The notes below the pieces were generated by a model. That model had not been told where the DNA came from. It was given only the letters and a program-made list of their open reading frames with translations, and ran no database searches. Shown one piece after another: positions 27,201 to 36,429 of a stretch of DNA of 64,000 nucleotides (the first letter of the stretch is position 1; the number at the start of each line of letters is the position of its first letter). The translations under genes and the position numbers were made by a program. Location: positions 17 to 64,016 of the forward strand of contig JAOZPE010000013.1 in the NCBI GenBank assembly GCA_029932915.1, read 5' to 3'. The stretch comes from Candidatus Krumholzibacteriia bacterium. GTDB taxonomy: Bacteria; Krumholzibacteriota; Krumholzibacteriia; JAJRXK01.

Positions 27201-30200
27201 CTAACGCATCAGGACCATCCGCTCGGTCCAGACCCTGCCCTCCGTTCTCAAGCGGCAGAAGTACACGCCCGAGGCGACGGGATGACCCTGGTCGTCGCGT
27301 CCGTCCCAGCTCACCGTTCTCTCCCCTCCGGGGACGGTTCCGGTGACCAGTGTGCGCAGCCGCCGGCCGCGCAGGTCATGGATCTGCAGCTCGATGCGAG
27401 CGCCGCCCGGAGGGATCCGGAAGGCGATCGTTGCCGGCAGGGACACCGGATTGGGCCGTATGGGATGGAGTGCGGGACCGGTGGAGGACACCGGAACGGG
27501 CACATCGGTCACCGTCGACGGATAGGCCGGCCAGCTCTCCTGGTTGGCGTCATCCACCGCCGTCACCTGGTAGTGGGGTTGGGGGGTCGGATCCGCGAGC
27601 GGGGCGTCCGTCCACTCCGTCGATGTCGTCACCGCGACGAGTCTGCCGACGTTCGGCGGCAGCGGCTGCAAGGTGGACCGGTAGATGCGGTAGCTCACCA
27701 CGTCCGGATCATCCGGTGCATCCCAGGCGAGATGGTTGCCCTCGCTGGAACCGTAGTGGTAGTCCACAACCAGATTCTGTGGCGGATGTGGCACGAGGTT
27801 GTCCACCGAGTACCCGCTGTCGGGCGGGGAGAAGTTGAAGTGGGGCAAGAAGCCACCGGTCTCGCCCGTCACCATGTACACGGTCATCGGCGGATTCCTT
27901 CCCAGCGAGTCGCCGTGCGTGGGAACGGTCACCAGGTATTCGTCCTGCCGCGCGGCCAGGACGGTGTCGATGGCGGTCCAGGTGCCCGGCGGGAAGCCCG
28001 CGATCGTGAGGTCGCCCTTGCCGAGCGAGCCTCCCAATTCCTCCCGCCGGTAGATCACGTAACGCACGACCGGATCGCTCTCGTCGTCGAATTCGCGGGC
28101 CGAGCGACTGAAGCGCAGGTCCATCCATCCCCCCTGGTCCTTCGGGTGGTCCGCCAGGGAAAGGATCAGGGGAAAGTCGTAGAGCCAGGCCACCTCGACC
28201 TGCGGACACGAAGGGAAGTGATCCCGATCGAGGTAGACAAGCGTGGCTTGCCACCGCACCGCTTCTCCAGGTGAGGCCATGGTCTGCCATGAGCCGTCCG
28301 GCGGCACCAGTTGCCAGTTGCTCCCATCGTCGGCGCTGACCCGCCAACGGATCGAATCGCTCCAGGATGCCGTCAGAGCGACGCGGCGAATCGTTCCGGG
28401 GATCTCGTTGAGCGGAAGCGACTGGGCCTGGTTGTCCTCGGTGTCCACATCGCGGTAGAGCACCCGGTAGGACTTGAGAGCGGGGCTGCCACCCCTGGCG
28501 CTGAAGAGATAGTCGCCCCACGGCTGAAGGACCGACGGATTGTGATGGGGGAGCACGCCGACGGGGGTGGGATCGGATGGATCACTGAGGTCGACCGTGT
28601 GCAGGCCGGAGTTCTCCGGGTCGTGGGTGTCCACGGCGCCGATGAAGGTCCGGTTCCGCTGAACCAGCAAGCGACGGCTGCTCCACGACCCGTTCAAGGT
28701 GAAACTTCCCTCGAGGACCGCCGCGAGCGGATCGGTGACGTCGTAGAGGCGGCCGGGGGTCGTGGAATACCACGACCAGGGGTTTGGATTGAAAACCACT
28801 CCCAGGAGTTCGTTTCCGAAGACGACGATCGGATTGGCCCACGAAGCGATGGATCCCACTTCCGAAGGCAGGGAGGGGAAGCTGATGTCGATGATGCGGA
28901 TGCTGCCGCCGGAGACATCCCCGGGAATGGCAGAGATGTAGTTGTCGCAGACATAGAGATGGTCTCCCTCGACCTCCAGGTCCCTGATGACGTAGTTCGC
29001 CGGAATCGATGCGATCACCTGGGGGTTGGAGAGATCCTCGATGTCCACGACGAGGAGGGTATCGCCGAGGCTGACGTAGGCGTCATCTCCGGCGATCTCG
29101 ATCTCCAGGGCCGTTCCTCCGAGTTGCCAATGCTGTTCCCGCTGGGGTTGATGGGGATCACTGATATCGAAGACATCGATTCCGTAGTCAGCCCCCATCA
29201 GCAACTTGTCTCCCCAGAGGCAGAGGCCACTCCTGCTTTGCATGTCAGAATAGGTGGCGATCAACACCGGCGAAGCCGGATCGGCGATATCGTAGACGCA
29301 CAGATCCCTGGGATCGTCGCTCGGCCCCAAGATCGCCGTGTAGGCGTAGTGTCCATCGAGGACCATGTCGTAGGACGTGAGGGTGTCGCTGCTCTCCCCG
29401 CTGAATTCGGGAAGCTGGAGCTCGGCGACCTCGAAGAAGTCGAGTCCCCGCAGACTGCTCGCCGCATAGAGCCGGTCGGCGTCCAGGGCCAGACCGGAAG
29501 CGCCGCCTCCCAGGAGGAAACGGGCGCTCACTTCGAGTGCGGTGGGATCTGCGGCGTCGATCGTCACGATTCCGAAACCGTCGACGGCGGTGTAGACCCA
29601 GGGGCCGGCGACAGTCACGTCCATCGCCTCCCCGACGGCCACCGACCCCAGCAGCGCGGGGGACGCGGGATCGCTGGTGTCGAGAACGCTCACCCCGGCC
29701 TCTCCGTCGGCGAGGAACAGTTGGCTGCCGGAGAACGCCACCCGCCGCGCGGTCCCGGGTGAATCATGGTACGCCAGGGCCGAGACCCCACTGGGGTGGG
29801 TGACGTCCGCCAGCATGATCCCGCCGCTGCCACAGGCCACCGCGCACAAGTCGCCCCGAAGGGCGACGTCCAGGGCTTCCCCGGGTACCGACCACGGTCC
29901 CCCGTAGTTGAAGGGACTGGTGGGATCGGCGACACAGATCGTGTGGAAGTGGGAGGTCGCGGCCAGGCACAGCAGGTCACCAGTGACCTCCACCCCGCGC
30001 GCCTCTCCCGGCGTGGCCAGGGATCCTGCCACGAAGGGAGCGCCGAGATCGGACACGTCGACCACCGTCAGTCCCGCGGACCCGTCGGCGACATAGGCGT
30101 AATCGCCATCGACATCGACGTCCCACGCCTCGCCCGGGGTATCGCAGGTGGAGAGGACCGTCGGTGCACCGGAGTGACCCACGTCGATCAATAACAGGCC

Positions 30201-30536
30201 GGCGCCGCCCGCGGCCACGAAGGCGGTGCGGCCTTCGATCACCACTTCATGGGGTGTTCCCCCTGGATGGAATTGGGTGATCCAGTGGGGACGGTAGGGT
30301 GGCATGCGCAACTCTCCGGCCAGGGTATCCCAGGCCGCGGTCGTGGCCTGCGAATCCCTCCACACGGTGGTGGTGAAGTCTTCGAGGTGGTGATTCGTCG
30401 AGCCGCTGCGGGCATTCTCGAGAGGGAGGACGGCAGCCGTGAGTGCGGCTGCCAGCACGAGTACGATTCTCAGTGTGTGGCGTTGGGAAGATGTGGAACA
30501 GGCAGAAGGGTATCCGGATCCTGGGTAGGCGACCAT
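27201..30536 (-). CDS. Secreted LVIVD-repeat beta-propeller protein with Ig/FN3-like domains and C-terminal FlgD-Ig sorting-type domain
   Basis: Signal peptide; repeats such as GDYAYVADGSAGLTVVDVSD; C-terminal PNP...HDLRGRRLRTL...WDGRDDQGHPVASGVYFCRL; AAGGAGG RBS supports start 30536. Confidence 0.85.
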   Translation of the reverse strand: MVAYPGSGYPSACSTSSQRHTLRIVLVLAAALTAAVLPLENARSGSTNHHLEDFTTTVWRDSQATTAAWDTLAGELRMPPYRPHWITQFHPGGTPHEVVIEGRTAFVAAGGAGLLLIDVGHSGAPTVLSTCDTPGEAWDVDVDGDYAYVADGSAGLTVVDVSDLGAPFVAGSLATPGEARGVEVTGDLLCLAATSHFHTICVADPTSPFNYGGPWSVPGEALDVALRGDLCAVACGSGGIMLADVTHPSGVSALAYHDSPGTARRVAFSGSQLFLADGEAGVSVLDTSDPASPALLGSVAVGEAMDVTVAGPWVYTAVDGFGIVTIDAADPTALEVSARFLLGGGASGLALDADRLYAASSLRGLDFFEVAELQLPEFSGESSDTLTSYDMVLDGHYAYTAILGPSDDPRDLCVYDIADPASPVLIATYSDMQSRSGLCLWGDKLLMGADYGIDVFDISDPHQPQREQHWQLGGTALEIEIAGDDAYVSLGDTLLVVDIEDLSNPQVIASIPANYVIRDLEVEGDHLYVCDNYISAIPGDVSGGSIRIIDISFPSLPSEVGSIASWANPIVVFGNELLGVVFNPNPWSWYSTTPGRLYDVTDPLAAVLEGSFTLNGSWSSRRLLVQRNRTFIGAVDTHDPENSGLHTVDLSDPSDPTPVGVLPHHNPSVLQPWGDYLFSARGGSPALKSYRVLYRDVDTEDNQAQSLPLNEIPGTIRRVALTASWSDSIRWRVSADDGSNWQLVPPDGSWQTMASPGEAVRWQATLVYLDRDHFPSCPQVEVAWLYDFPLILSLADHPKDQGGWMDLRFSRSAREFDDESDPVVRYVIYRREELGGSLGKGDLTIAGFPPGTWTAIDTVLAARQDEYLVTVPTHGDSLGRNPPMTVYMVTGETGGFLPHFNFSPPDSGYSVDNLVPHPPQNLVVDYHYGSSEGNHLAWDAPDDPDVVSYRIYRSTLQPLPPNVGRLVAVTTSTEWTDAPLADPTPQPHYQVTAVDDANQESWPAYPSTVTDVPVPVSSTGPALHPIRPNPVSLPATIAFRIPPGGARIELQIHDLRGRRLRTLVTGTVPGGERTVSWDGRDDQGHPVASGVYFCRLRTEGRVWTERMVLMR

Positions 30537-30585
30537 GGCGACTCCTCCTTGCTTGGGGACCAGGGCGGAGTACCACACAGTCGAA

Positions 30586-30615
30586 ATTATCCCGTTTTCT
30601 CCTCTTCCATGTCAA
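30586..30615 (-). promoter_or_regulatory. Sigma70-like promoter TTGACA-N18-GATAAT for the LVIVD gene
   Basis: Perfect -35 (30610-30615) and near-consensus -10 (30586-30591) on the minus strand. Confidence 0.5.
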
Positions 30616-30636
30616 GCCGCCGCCGACGTTGCCCGC

Positions 30637-31086
30637 TCAGCTTCCGTTGGAGACGGTGAGGACGATGGCCCTCTTCCCGTATCCTTCGATCGTGTATCCG
30701 TCGGGAACGCCGTTGGCGAGGTGGGAGGTGAAGCCGATCTCACCCGGATTGGCGGGATGGCCGTCCCGGGGTTCGGTGGTCTGGTTGGTCCAGGCGTTCT
30801 TGAGAAGGCTCCCTCCAGGCAGGAGGTCAAGCAAGGTATCGCCGTTGGGTAGGGTGTCGGTGAGGTCGTTCGGGTACACACCGTCGTTGTCGACCGAGAA
30901 GCTCTCGGTGGTCAACTGGACGGTGTGACAGTCGCTCTTGACCTTGGCCTCGCGGGAATGGTCGCGGAAGGCCATGAAGTTGGGGATGGCGATGGCGGCC
31001 AGGATGCCGAGGATCAGGACCACGATGATCAGTTCGATCAGGGTGAATCCGGATGCGTCCGACATCGAGGTCTTCTTCCCTGCCAT
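30637..31086 (-). CDS. Type IV pilin / pseudopilin-like protein
   Basis: Class III signal SGFTLIELIIVVLILGILAAIAIPNF; start at ATG 31086. Confidence 0.9.
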   Translation of the reverse strand: MAGKKTSMSDASGFTLIELIIVVLILGILAAIAIPNFMAFRDHSREAKVKSDCHTVQLTTESFSVDNDGVYPNDLTDTLPNGDTLLDLLPGGSLLKNAWTNQTTEPRDGHPANPGEIGFTSHLANGVPDGYTIEGYGKRAIVLTVSNGS

Positions 31087-31382
31087 GGCTGGTACCTCTG
31101 GGCGTGTGGAAGACAGGATGATCTCGATTGTACTGGAGATGACGACCAAGAATCGTTCCAGGCGCGCGCAGCCGGCGGGAGTGGGAGAAGGATGGCCCCA
31201 TCTTTCTGAGCGATGGAGTTCGGGGCCGAAGAGGACATGGATCTGGAGGATCGTATCCGGAGAGGACCTGCCCGCCCGCCGGTCCTGATCCCCGTTTCCC
31301 ATGTTTCCCGGTGATTCCTCGCGCCGGAAGTGTTTTTGCAAGGTTTTGGATCGGGTCTTTTGCCCGTTTCCCCGTTGGCGCT

Positions 31383-32108
31383 TCAGTTCTGCGTCAGCAG
31401 TCGCGATGCACTCGTGAATCTGCGCTCCTCGGAGTCCAGGCCGGAGAGGCGCAGGAACAGTTCCCTCGAATCCGATCGTTCCTGCAGCCAGGGGCGGGTG
31501 ATGCGGAGTGTCGAAGCAGCCACCGCGTCCTCGTCGAGGATCTTCTGCCCGACCACCCTTCCCTGGAGGTCCTCGATCGTCAGGCGCAGATCGTGGAGCT
31601 TGTGCCGGAGTCGCCAGCTCACCACCCATCCGTCCGGAGCGGAAGTGACGGTGAGTTCGATGGCGGGAGCACGCTCTGCGGCTCGCATCTCCCCGCTCGG
31701 CAGGGGAGGAGCGGTGGAGGGAGTGCTGAGCTGGTGCAGGCCGATGGCGAACAGGGCCACGGCGGCTGCGGCCAGCCACGCCGGGAGATGACGCCGCTCG
31801 AACCAGCGGCGGGGTGGAGTCCGCCGGGCCATGCCTCGCCGGGCCGGGGAAGCTGCGACGCCTTGCCGCACGGCTGCCGCCGTCTTCTCCTGGAGGTGCT
31901 GGGCGAAGGTGTGCCGGAGACGAAGGCTCAACTCACCCAGATCCTCGCCGGCGGCCACGGAGAAATGATCCCGCGCCAGATCGGCCTCGGCCTGGCAGCG
32001 CCCGCACTGCGCCACGTGCTGGGCGACCGCCCGCGCTTCGTCCGCGTCCAGGCTTCCTTCCACCCAGCGGGCCAGGGTCAGCGGATCGATGTGGCCGGTG
32101 TCGTTCAT
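31383..32108 (-). CDS. zf-HC2 anti-sigma factor with TM helix and extracytoplasmic domain
   Basis: H...HVAQCGRC zinc motif, TM WLAAAAVALFAIGL; overlaps the sigma stop codon (ATGA). Confidence 0.85.
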   Translation of the reverse strand: MNDTGHIDPLTLARWVEGSLDADEARAVAQHVAQCGRCQAEADLARDHFSVAAGEDLGELSLRLRHTFAQHLQEKTAAAVRQGVAASPARRGMARRTPPRRWFERRHLPAWLAAAAVALFAIGLHQLSTPSTAPPLPSGEMRAAERAPAIELTVTSAPDGWVVSWRLRHKLHDLRLTIEDLQGRVVGQKILDEDAVAASTLRITRPWLQERSDSRELFLRLSGLDSEERRFTSASRLLTQN

Positions 32109-32743
32109 CGTTGATCCTCTCCTCCTCCGGAAGAAGGCGCGAGGTCCGCCAGAGCGATCCGGAGCTTGCGTTTGGCGGTACTGAGGTGGGTGCGCGCGCC
32201 GGAGGTGTTGGTCAAGCCGAGGAGGGAATCGATCGCTTTCACCGAGAGCCCCCATCTCAGCTGCAGATCGATCACGCGCCGTTCGGTCGCATTGAGGTGT
32301 TCCTCACATGCGCGCTCGATGCGCTCGGTGATCTCCTCGCGTTCGGTGAGTTCCTGCGGGCTGGCCGTGGTGTCGGGGTGGTTCACGAGTTCCTCGTAGG
32401 GATCCACGTCGATCTCCCGGCGGTATCTTCTCAAGGCGTTGAGACAGTGATTGCGGGTGAGGACGAACAACCATGCCCCGAAGCTCGCGCGTTCGCGGTA
32501 GCTTCGCGATCCGTCGAGCAATCCCAGGAAGATCTCGTGCATGGCATCCTCCGCCCGGCCTGTCTCGCCCAGGATCCTCTCGCAGGATCGAAGGACACGC
32601 GCGTGATAGCGCTCGAACAGGACACCAAGGGCCTGGCTGGCGTCGATGGGGCCGCGGTCTGCGGGCGGCGTTCCCCGAACGGTGGCGAAGAGTTCCTCGT
32701 CACTTGCGGAGAGGACGTCATCCGGCCTGCCGGTGTCGTTCAT
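32105..32743 (-). CDS. ECF sigma-70 factor
   Basis: SDEEL, ALGVLFERY, AEDAMHEIFL, FGAWLFVLTRNHCLNALRR and a region-4 HTH; GGAGG RBS before ATG 32743. Confidence 0.9.
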   Translation of the reverse strand: MNDTGRPDDVLSASDEELFATVRGTPPADRGPIDASQALGVLFERYHARVLRSCERILGETGRAEDAMHEIFLGLLDGSRSYRERASFGAWLFVLTRNHCLNALRRYRREIDVDPYEELVNHPDTTASPQELTEREEITERIERACEEHLNATERRVIDLQLRWGLSVKAIDSLLGLTNTSGARTHLSTAKRKLRIALADLAPSSGGGEDQR

Positions 32744-32847
32744 GGAACACCTCGGAGGATGGAAATGGCAAGAAACGGGCGAAGTTGACGGTAGAGGTGG
32801 GTTGGCGCACACTCGAACTCGTCCGCTGCCGTATAAGAGTGTACCCC

Positions 32848-35800
32848 ATGGGAAATGTGGAATCCAAAACGATGTTCTCCGGCCGCGGATCGTCGAGGCT
32901 CGAAGCGTCATCCACGCCGCCGTTGCGGGCCCGGTGGTTCCTGTTGCTTTCCCTGGGTTTCGCGCTGTTCCCTTCGCTCACTTCCCATGCCGCCGGCGAG
33001 GCCGGACTCCGGTTGGAGACCGTCATGGGGGAGCTCGTCCAGCGGGCCCAGATGGAGGGCCCGTCAGCTGCTCGGCCGATGGCCGAAACGGCGCGGCGGT
33101 CATGGCCCAACTCGCCGGCGGTCCTGCTGCAGCTCACCGAGATCCTCATCGAGACCGAGGGCATCCTCCGCACCTTCGATGTGCTCGACGGCATGGACGA
33201 CTCCATCCCTTCCGTTCTGGTGGATTACGCACGGGCCCGCACGGCTCGCGCGATGGGAGATGATCGGCGAGCCCGCCGGCTCGCCGGACGGCAGATGATA
33301 CCGTGTGCGAGGCCGCTCGACCGATGGGCCCGCGACCACGAGCGGGCGCGGATCGCCGGGCTGTTGCCGCCGGACAGCCTGGCCGCGGTCATGGGACGAC
33401 TCGAGGTGACCATTCGCGCGATGCCCCCCGGCACCCTGCGTGCGCACCTCGATCTGCGGGTCCGGTTGCTCCGGGTGCTCCAGGCCGTGCAGGGGTCCGT
33501 GGGCGACGAACAGGTGGAGGATCTGGAGCGGATCGTCCGGCAAGCACGGAGCTCGGGCTTGCGGTGGGACGAAGCTCGGCTTCTCCTGCTCTCCGCGCGC
33601 CTGTATTCTGCTTCCGGGCGCCACCGGCGTGCCGAACGAGCCTACCGGCGCGGCTACGCGCTGGCCGATTCGCTGGGAGCATTGCGCACCGCCGGTCTCG
33701 CCCGCAGCTATCTGGGCATCCTCCTGGACGGTCGATCCCGTTACCGGGAGGCGGCCGAGCTGCGGGAACGAGCGGCCACGATCTTCGAGAGCCTCGGAGA
33801 CAGCCTTGCACTCGCCTACGCCTTGACCGGTTGGGGCTGGGATCTCGATCGCACCGGCGATCCGCAGCGATCGGTCGAGATCTCCTCACGCGCCCTGGCC
33901 CTGTGGGACGCCATGGGCAACGCGTGGGGGAGGGCACAGGTCCTGAACAATCTGGGGGTCGTGCACTTCAACACGGGATCGCTGGAGAAGGCATCGCTCG
34001 TTCTGGACGAGGCATTGGGGATCGCCCGCGCATCGGGGAACCGTCGGCAGGAAGCGATGATCCTCAACAACATCGCGGTCGCGGAGGATCGGCGAGGGCG
34101 GCCCGACCGGGCGGTGGAGATCTACCGGGAACTGCTGGCCATCCACCGGGAGGACGGGGACATCACCGGGCAGCTCGATGTCCTCAACAACCTCGGACTG
34201 GCCTGCTTCGCCCTCGGTGAGAGCGACCAGGCCCTGGAGTTCTTTCGAAGTGCGCAGGAGACGGCTCGACGGCACGGACGATTCGAAGCGAGGGCGGCGA
34301 TCAACCGGGCGATGGTGTTGGCCGAGAGTGGAGAGTTGGATGCTGCGGAGGAGGATCTGAGACAGGCACGCGCGCAGGCGCTGCAAGACGGCGACATCGA
34401 TGCCCTGGCCACCGCGCAGGCCTGGCTGGCGAGGGTGGCCGAACGGCGCGGGAGACTCGAGGAAGCGCTGCGCCTGATGACGGCGGCCGATTCCCTTCAG
34501 AGGAACACCCACAACGATCTGAGCCGCATTCCCACCCTGATCCGCCTGGGCCGCATCCAACTCGACTCAGCCCTCCCATCGGAGGCGATGCGGTCGGCCC
34601 GGCAAGCCGATTCACTGGTGACCCGTTTGGAACTCGATGAATTGGCGCCGGCGGCCGCAGTGCTGCGGGCGAAGATCTTCCTGGCCGAGAAGAAGAGGGC
34701 GATGGCCGCGCAGTGGGCGCGCAGGGCATTGGATCGTTGGCGAACGGTGTGCTCCCGGCCGCTTCGCTTCACCGACCGTTCCAATCTGGAGACCAGCTTC
34801 TGTGACGCCCTCGAGGTCCTGGTGGAGGCGGACGATCCTGCCCTTCGACGCGATGGGGATCACCGGGGGGCGCTGTCCGAGGAACGCTCGATCGAGCTTC
34901 TTCGTCTGAGCATGGAGTTCCACAACTGGAGACAGGAGCTTCCCCACCGACGTCCCGACGCACTTCCCGTCGCAGCCCGGCTCGATTCCCTGCTCGAGCG
35001 CGAGTCCATCCTGCGTACCCGCGTGGAGGATCTACGGGCGGAGATCTTCACGTCGGCCGGGGAGGATGGGCGTGCACAACGGCTCGAACTCGCCGAGGTG
35101 GAGACGGCGCTGCACGCTTGCCGCCGCTCGATCGCCGAGGTGGACGCGCCCTCATCCCGCGCCCTTGCCCCCCTGCTTCCCTCGATGGAGGAACTGGCCC
35201 GTCTGAGCCGTGGCCGGGTTCTTCTCAGCTACGTGCTCGGTCCCTTCGATCCGGTCAGCAGACGAAGTTTCGTCGTCCGGGTGGGGATGTGGGATGGAAC
35301 CGTCCTTCCCGCCCGACTCATCCGCATCGAGGGAGATCTGCGGCGCAGCTTGCGGCTGTGGCGCGGACTCCTCAGCCGCCCCGCGCTCGAAGCGGACGAA
35401 GAGCGGGCGGAGCGCGGATTGGCTGCGCATCTGGGAGAGCTGCTCCTGCCCCCATGGCTCGGGGAGCTCTCGCCGGGGACCTCCGTGGTGATCGCGGCCG
35501 ACGGCGCCCTGTCCGATCTGCCGTTCTGTGCCCTGATCGCCGATGGGCGGCGCCTGGTGGAAGGTGCGGCGGTGGCTCGCAGCGCGTCGCTGCCCCTCTG
35601 GGTGCAGTCACGCACCCGCAGGCCCCTGAAGTCGTCCGCGGATCTGGTGGTCTGCCGCAGCCAGTTGGATCACAGGGGGGAAGGGGGCCCGCACGGGGAC
35701 CTTGCGGGCGCGCCGGAGAAGGCGCGCCGGGGCGCGCCGCTCTCCGCTTCGCTGGAAGCGCGATTCCGTCGCAGCCGCAGCATCGATCTGGAGGACATCG

Positions 35801-36429
35801 TCCGCGATCTTCGCCGTCCGCCGATGGGAGATGCGGTCCGAGAAGAGCAGGCGTGGAAGGAGGCCCGGGTTCTCCATATCGCCAGCCATGGTTTCTTCGA
35901 CCCGCGCCGTCCCTGGCGTTCGGGACTGTATGCCGCTGCGCCGGCGAGCGGTGATTCGTCGGCCTCGCCCCTGCTGCAACAGGCCGATCTCATCTTCCTC
36001 GATCTTCACGACGAGCTGGTGACCCTGGCCGCGTGCGAGACGGCCCAGGCCGAGGATTCCCCTTTGCATGCGTCGATGGAGAGCTTCGCCCAAGGGCTTC
36101 AACAGGCCGGCGCGCGGGCGGTCCTGGGCACCTACTGGAAGGTCGACGACGCGGTGGCCGACTGGTGCACGGCCGAGGTCTATCGGCGGCTCGCGGAGGG
36201 ACGGAGCCTCGACGAGGCGCTGCGTCTCACCCAGCTCGAGATGATAGCCCATGCTTCGACCCGCGCGCCCTTCCACTGGGCGGCATGGGTCGTCATCGGA
36301 GATGGTTCCCAGCGCATTCCCCTGAAGCTGCGTCGCAGTCTCCATGCCCGGTGGTACCTGGGTCTCGGACTGGTTCTTCTCCTTTCGGCTGCGGTCATCT
36401 GGCGCCGCCGGACTATTTCAGCAAGGTGA
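32848..36429 (+). CDS. TPR-CHAT (caspase-like) protease with N-terminal signal-like segment and C-terminal TM anchor
   Basis: TPR repeats (LNNLGVVH, LNNIAVA, LNNLGLA); CHAT motifs DGALSDLPF, LHIASHG, LVTLAACET, AGARAVLGTYWKVDD, PFHWAAW; hydrophobic tail ending WRRR. Start is 32848 or 32872. Confidence 0.88.
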   Translation: MGNVESKTMFSGRGSSRLEASSTPPLRARWFLLLSLGFALFPSLTSHAAGEAGLRLETVMGELVQRAQMEGPSAARPMAETARRSWPNSPAVLLQLTEILIETEGILRTFDVLDGMDDSIPSVLVDYARARTARAMGDDRRARRLAGRQMIPCARPLDRWARDHERARIAGLLPPDSLAAVMGRLEVTIRAMPPGTLRAHLDLRVRLLRVLQAVQGSVGDEQVEDLERIVRQARSSGLRWDEARLLLLSARLYSASGRHRRAERAYRRGYALADSLGALRTAGLARSYLGILLDGRSRYREAAELRERAATIFESLGDSLALAYALTGWGWDLDRTGDPQRSVEISSRALALWDAMGNAWGRAQVLNNLGVVHFNTGSLEKASLVLDEALGIARASGNRRQEAMILNNIAVAEDRRGRPDRAVEIYRELLAIHREDGDITGQLDVLNNLGLACFALGESDQALEFFRSAQETARRHGRFEARAAINRAMVLAESGELDAAEEDLRQARAQALQDGDIDALATAQAWLARVAERRGRLEEALRLMTAADSLQRNTHNDLSRIPTLIRLGRIQLDSALPSEAMRSARQADSLVTRLELDELAPAAAVLRAKIFLAEKKRAMAAQWARRALDRWRTVCSRPLRFTDRSNLETSFCDALEVLVEADDPALRRDGDHRGALSEERSIELLRLSMEFHNWRQELPHRRPDALPVAARLDSLLERESILRTRVEDLRAEIFTSAGEDGRAQRLELAEVETALHACRRSIAEVDAPSSRALAPLLPSMEELARLSRGRVLLSYVLGPFDPVSRRSFVVRVGMWDGTVLPARLIRIEGDLRRSLRLWRGLLSRPALEADEERAERGLAAHLGELLLPPWLGELSPGTSVVIAADGALSDLPFCALIADGRRLVEGAAVARSASLPLWVQSRTRRPLKSSADLVVCRSQLDHRGEGGPHGDLAGAPEKARRGAPLSASLEARFRRSRSIDLEDIVRDLRRPPMGDAVREEQAWKEARVLHIASHGFFDPRRPWRSGLYAAAPASGDSSASPLLQQADLIFLDLHDELVTLAACETAQAEDSPLHASMESFAQGLQQAGARAVLGTYWKVDDAVADWCTAEVYRRLAEGRSLDEALRLTQLEMIAHASTRAPFHWAAWVVIGDGSQRIPLKLRRSLHARWYLGLGLVLLLSAAVIWRRRTISAR

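Noticed and set aside
32473-32847. N-terminal extension of the CHAT ORF, and similar extensions on the kinase, pilin, paralog 2 and glgC ORFs
   Set aside because: They overlap neighbouring or divergent genes or lack domain content; downstream ATGs, mostly with RBS, fit better.
32848-36429. CHAT protease as part of a type III-E (Craspase) CRISPR system linked to the array
   Set aside because: It is ~27 kb from the array, there is no gRAMP/Csx30/Csx31 gene, and the predicted exported topology does not fit.
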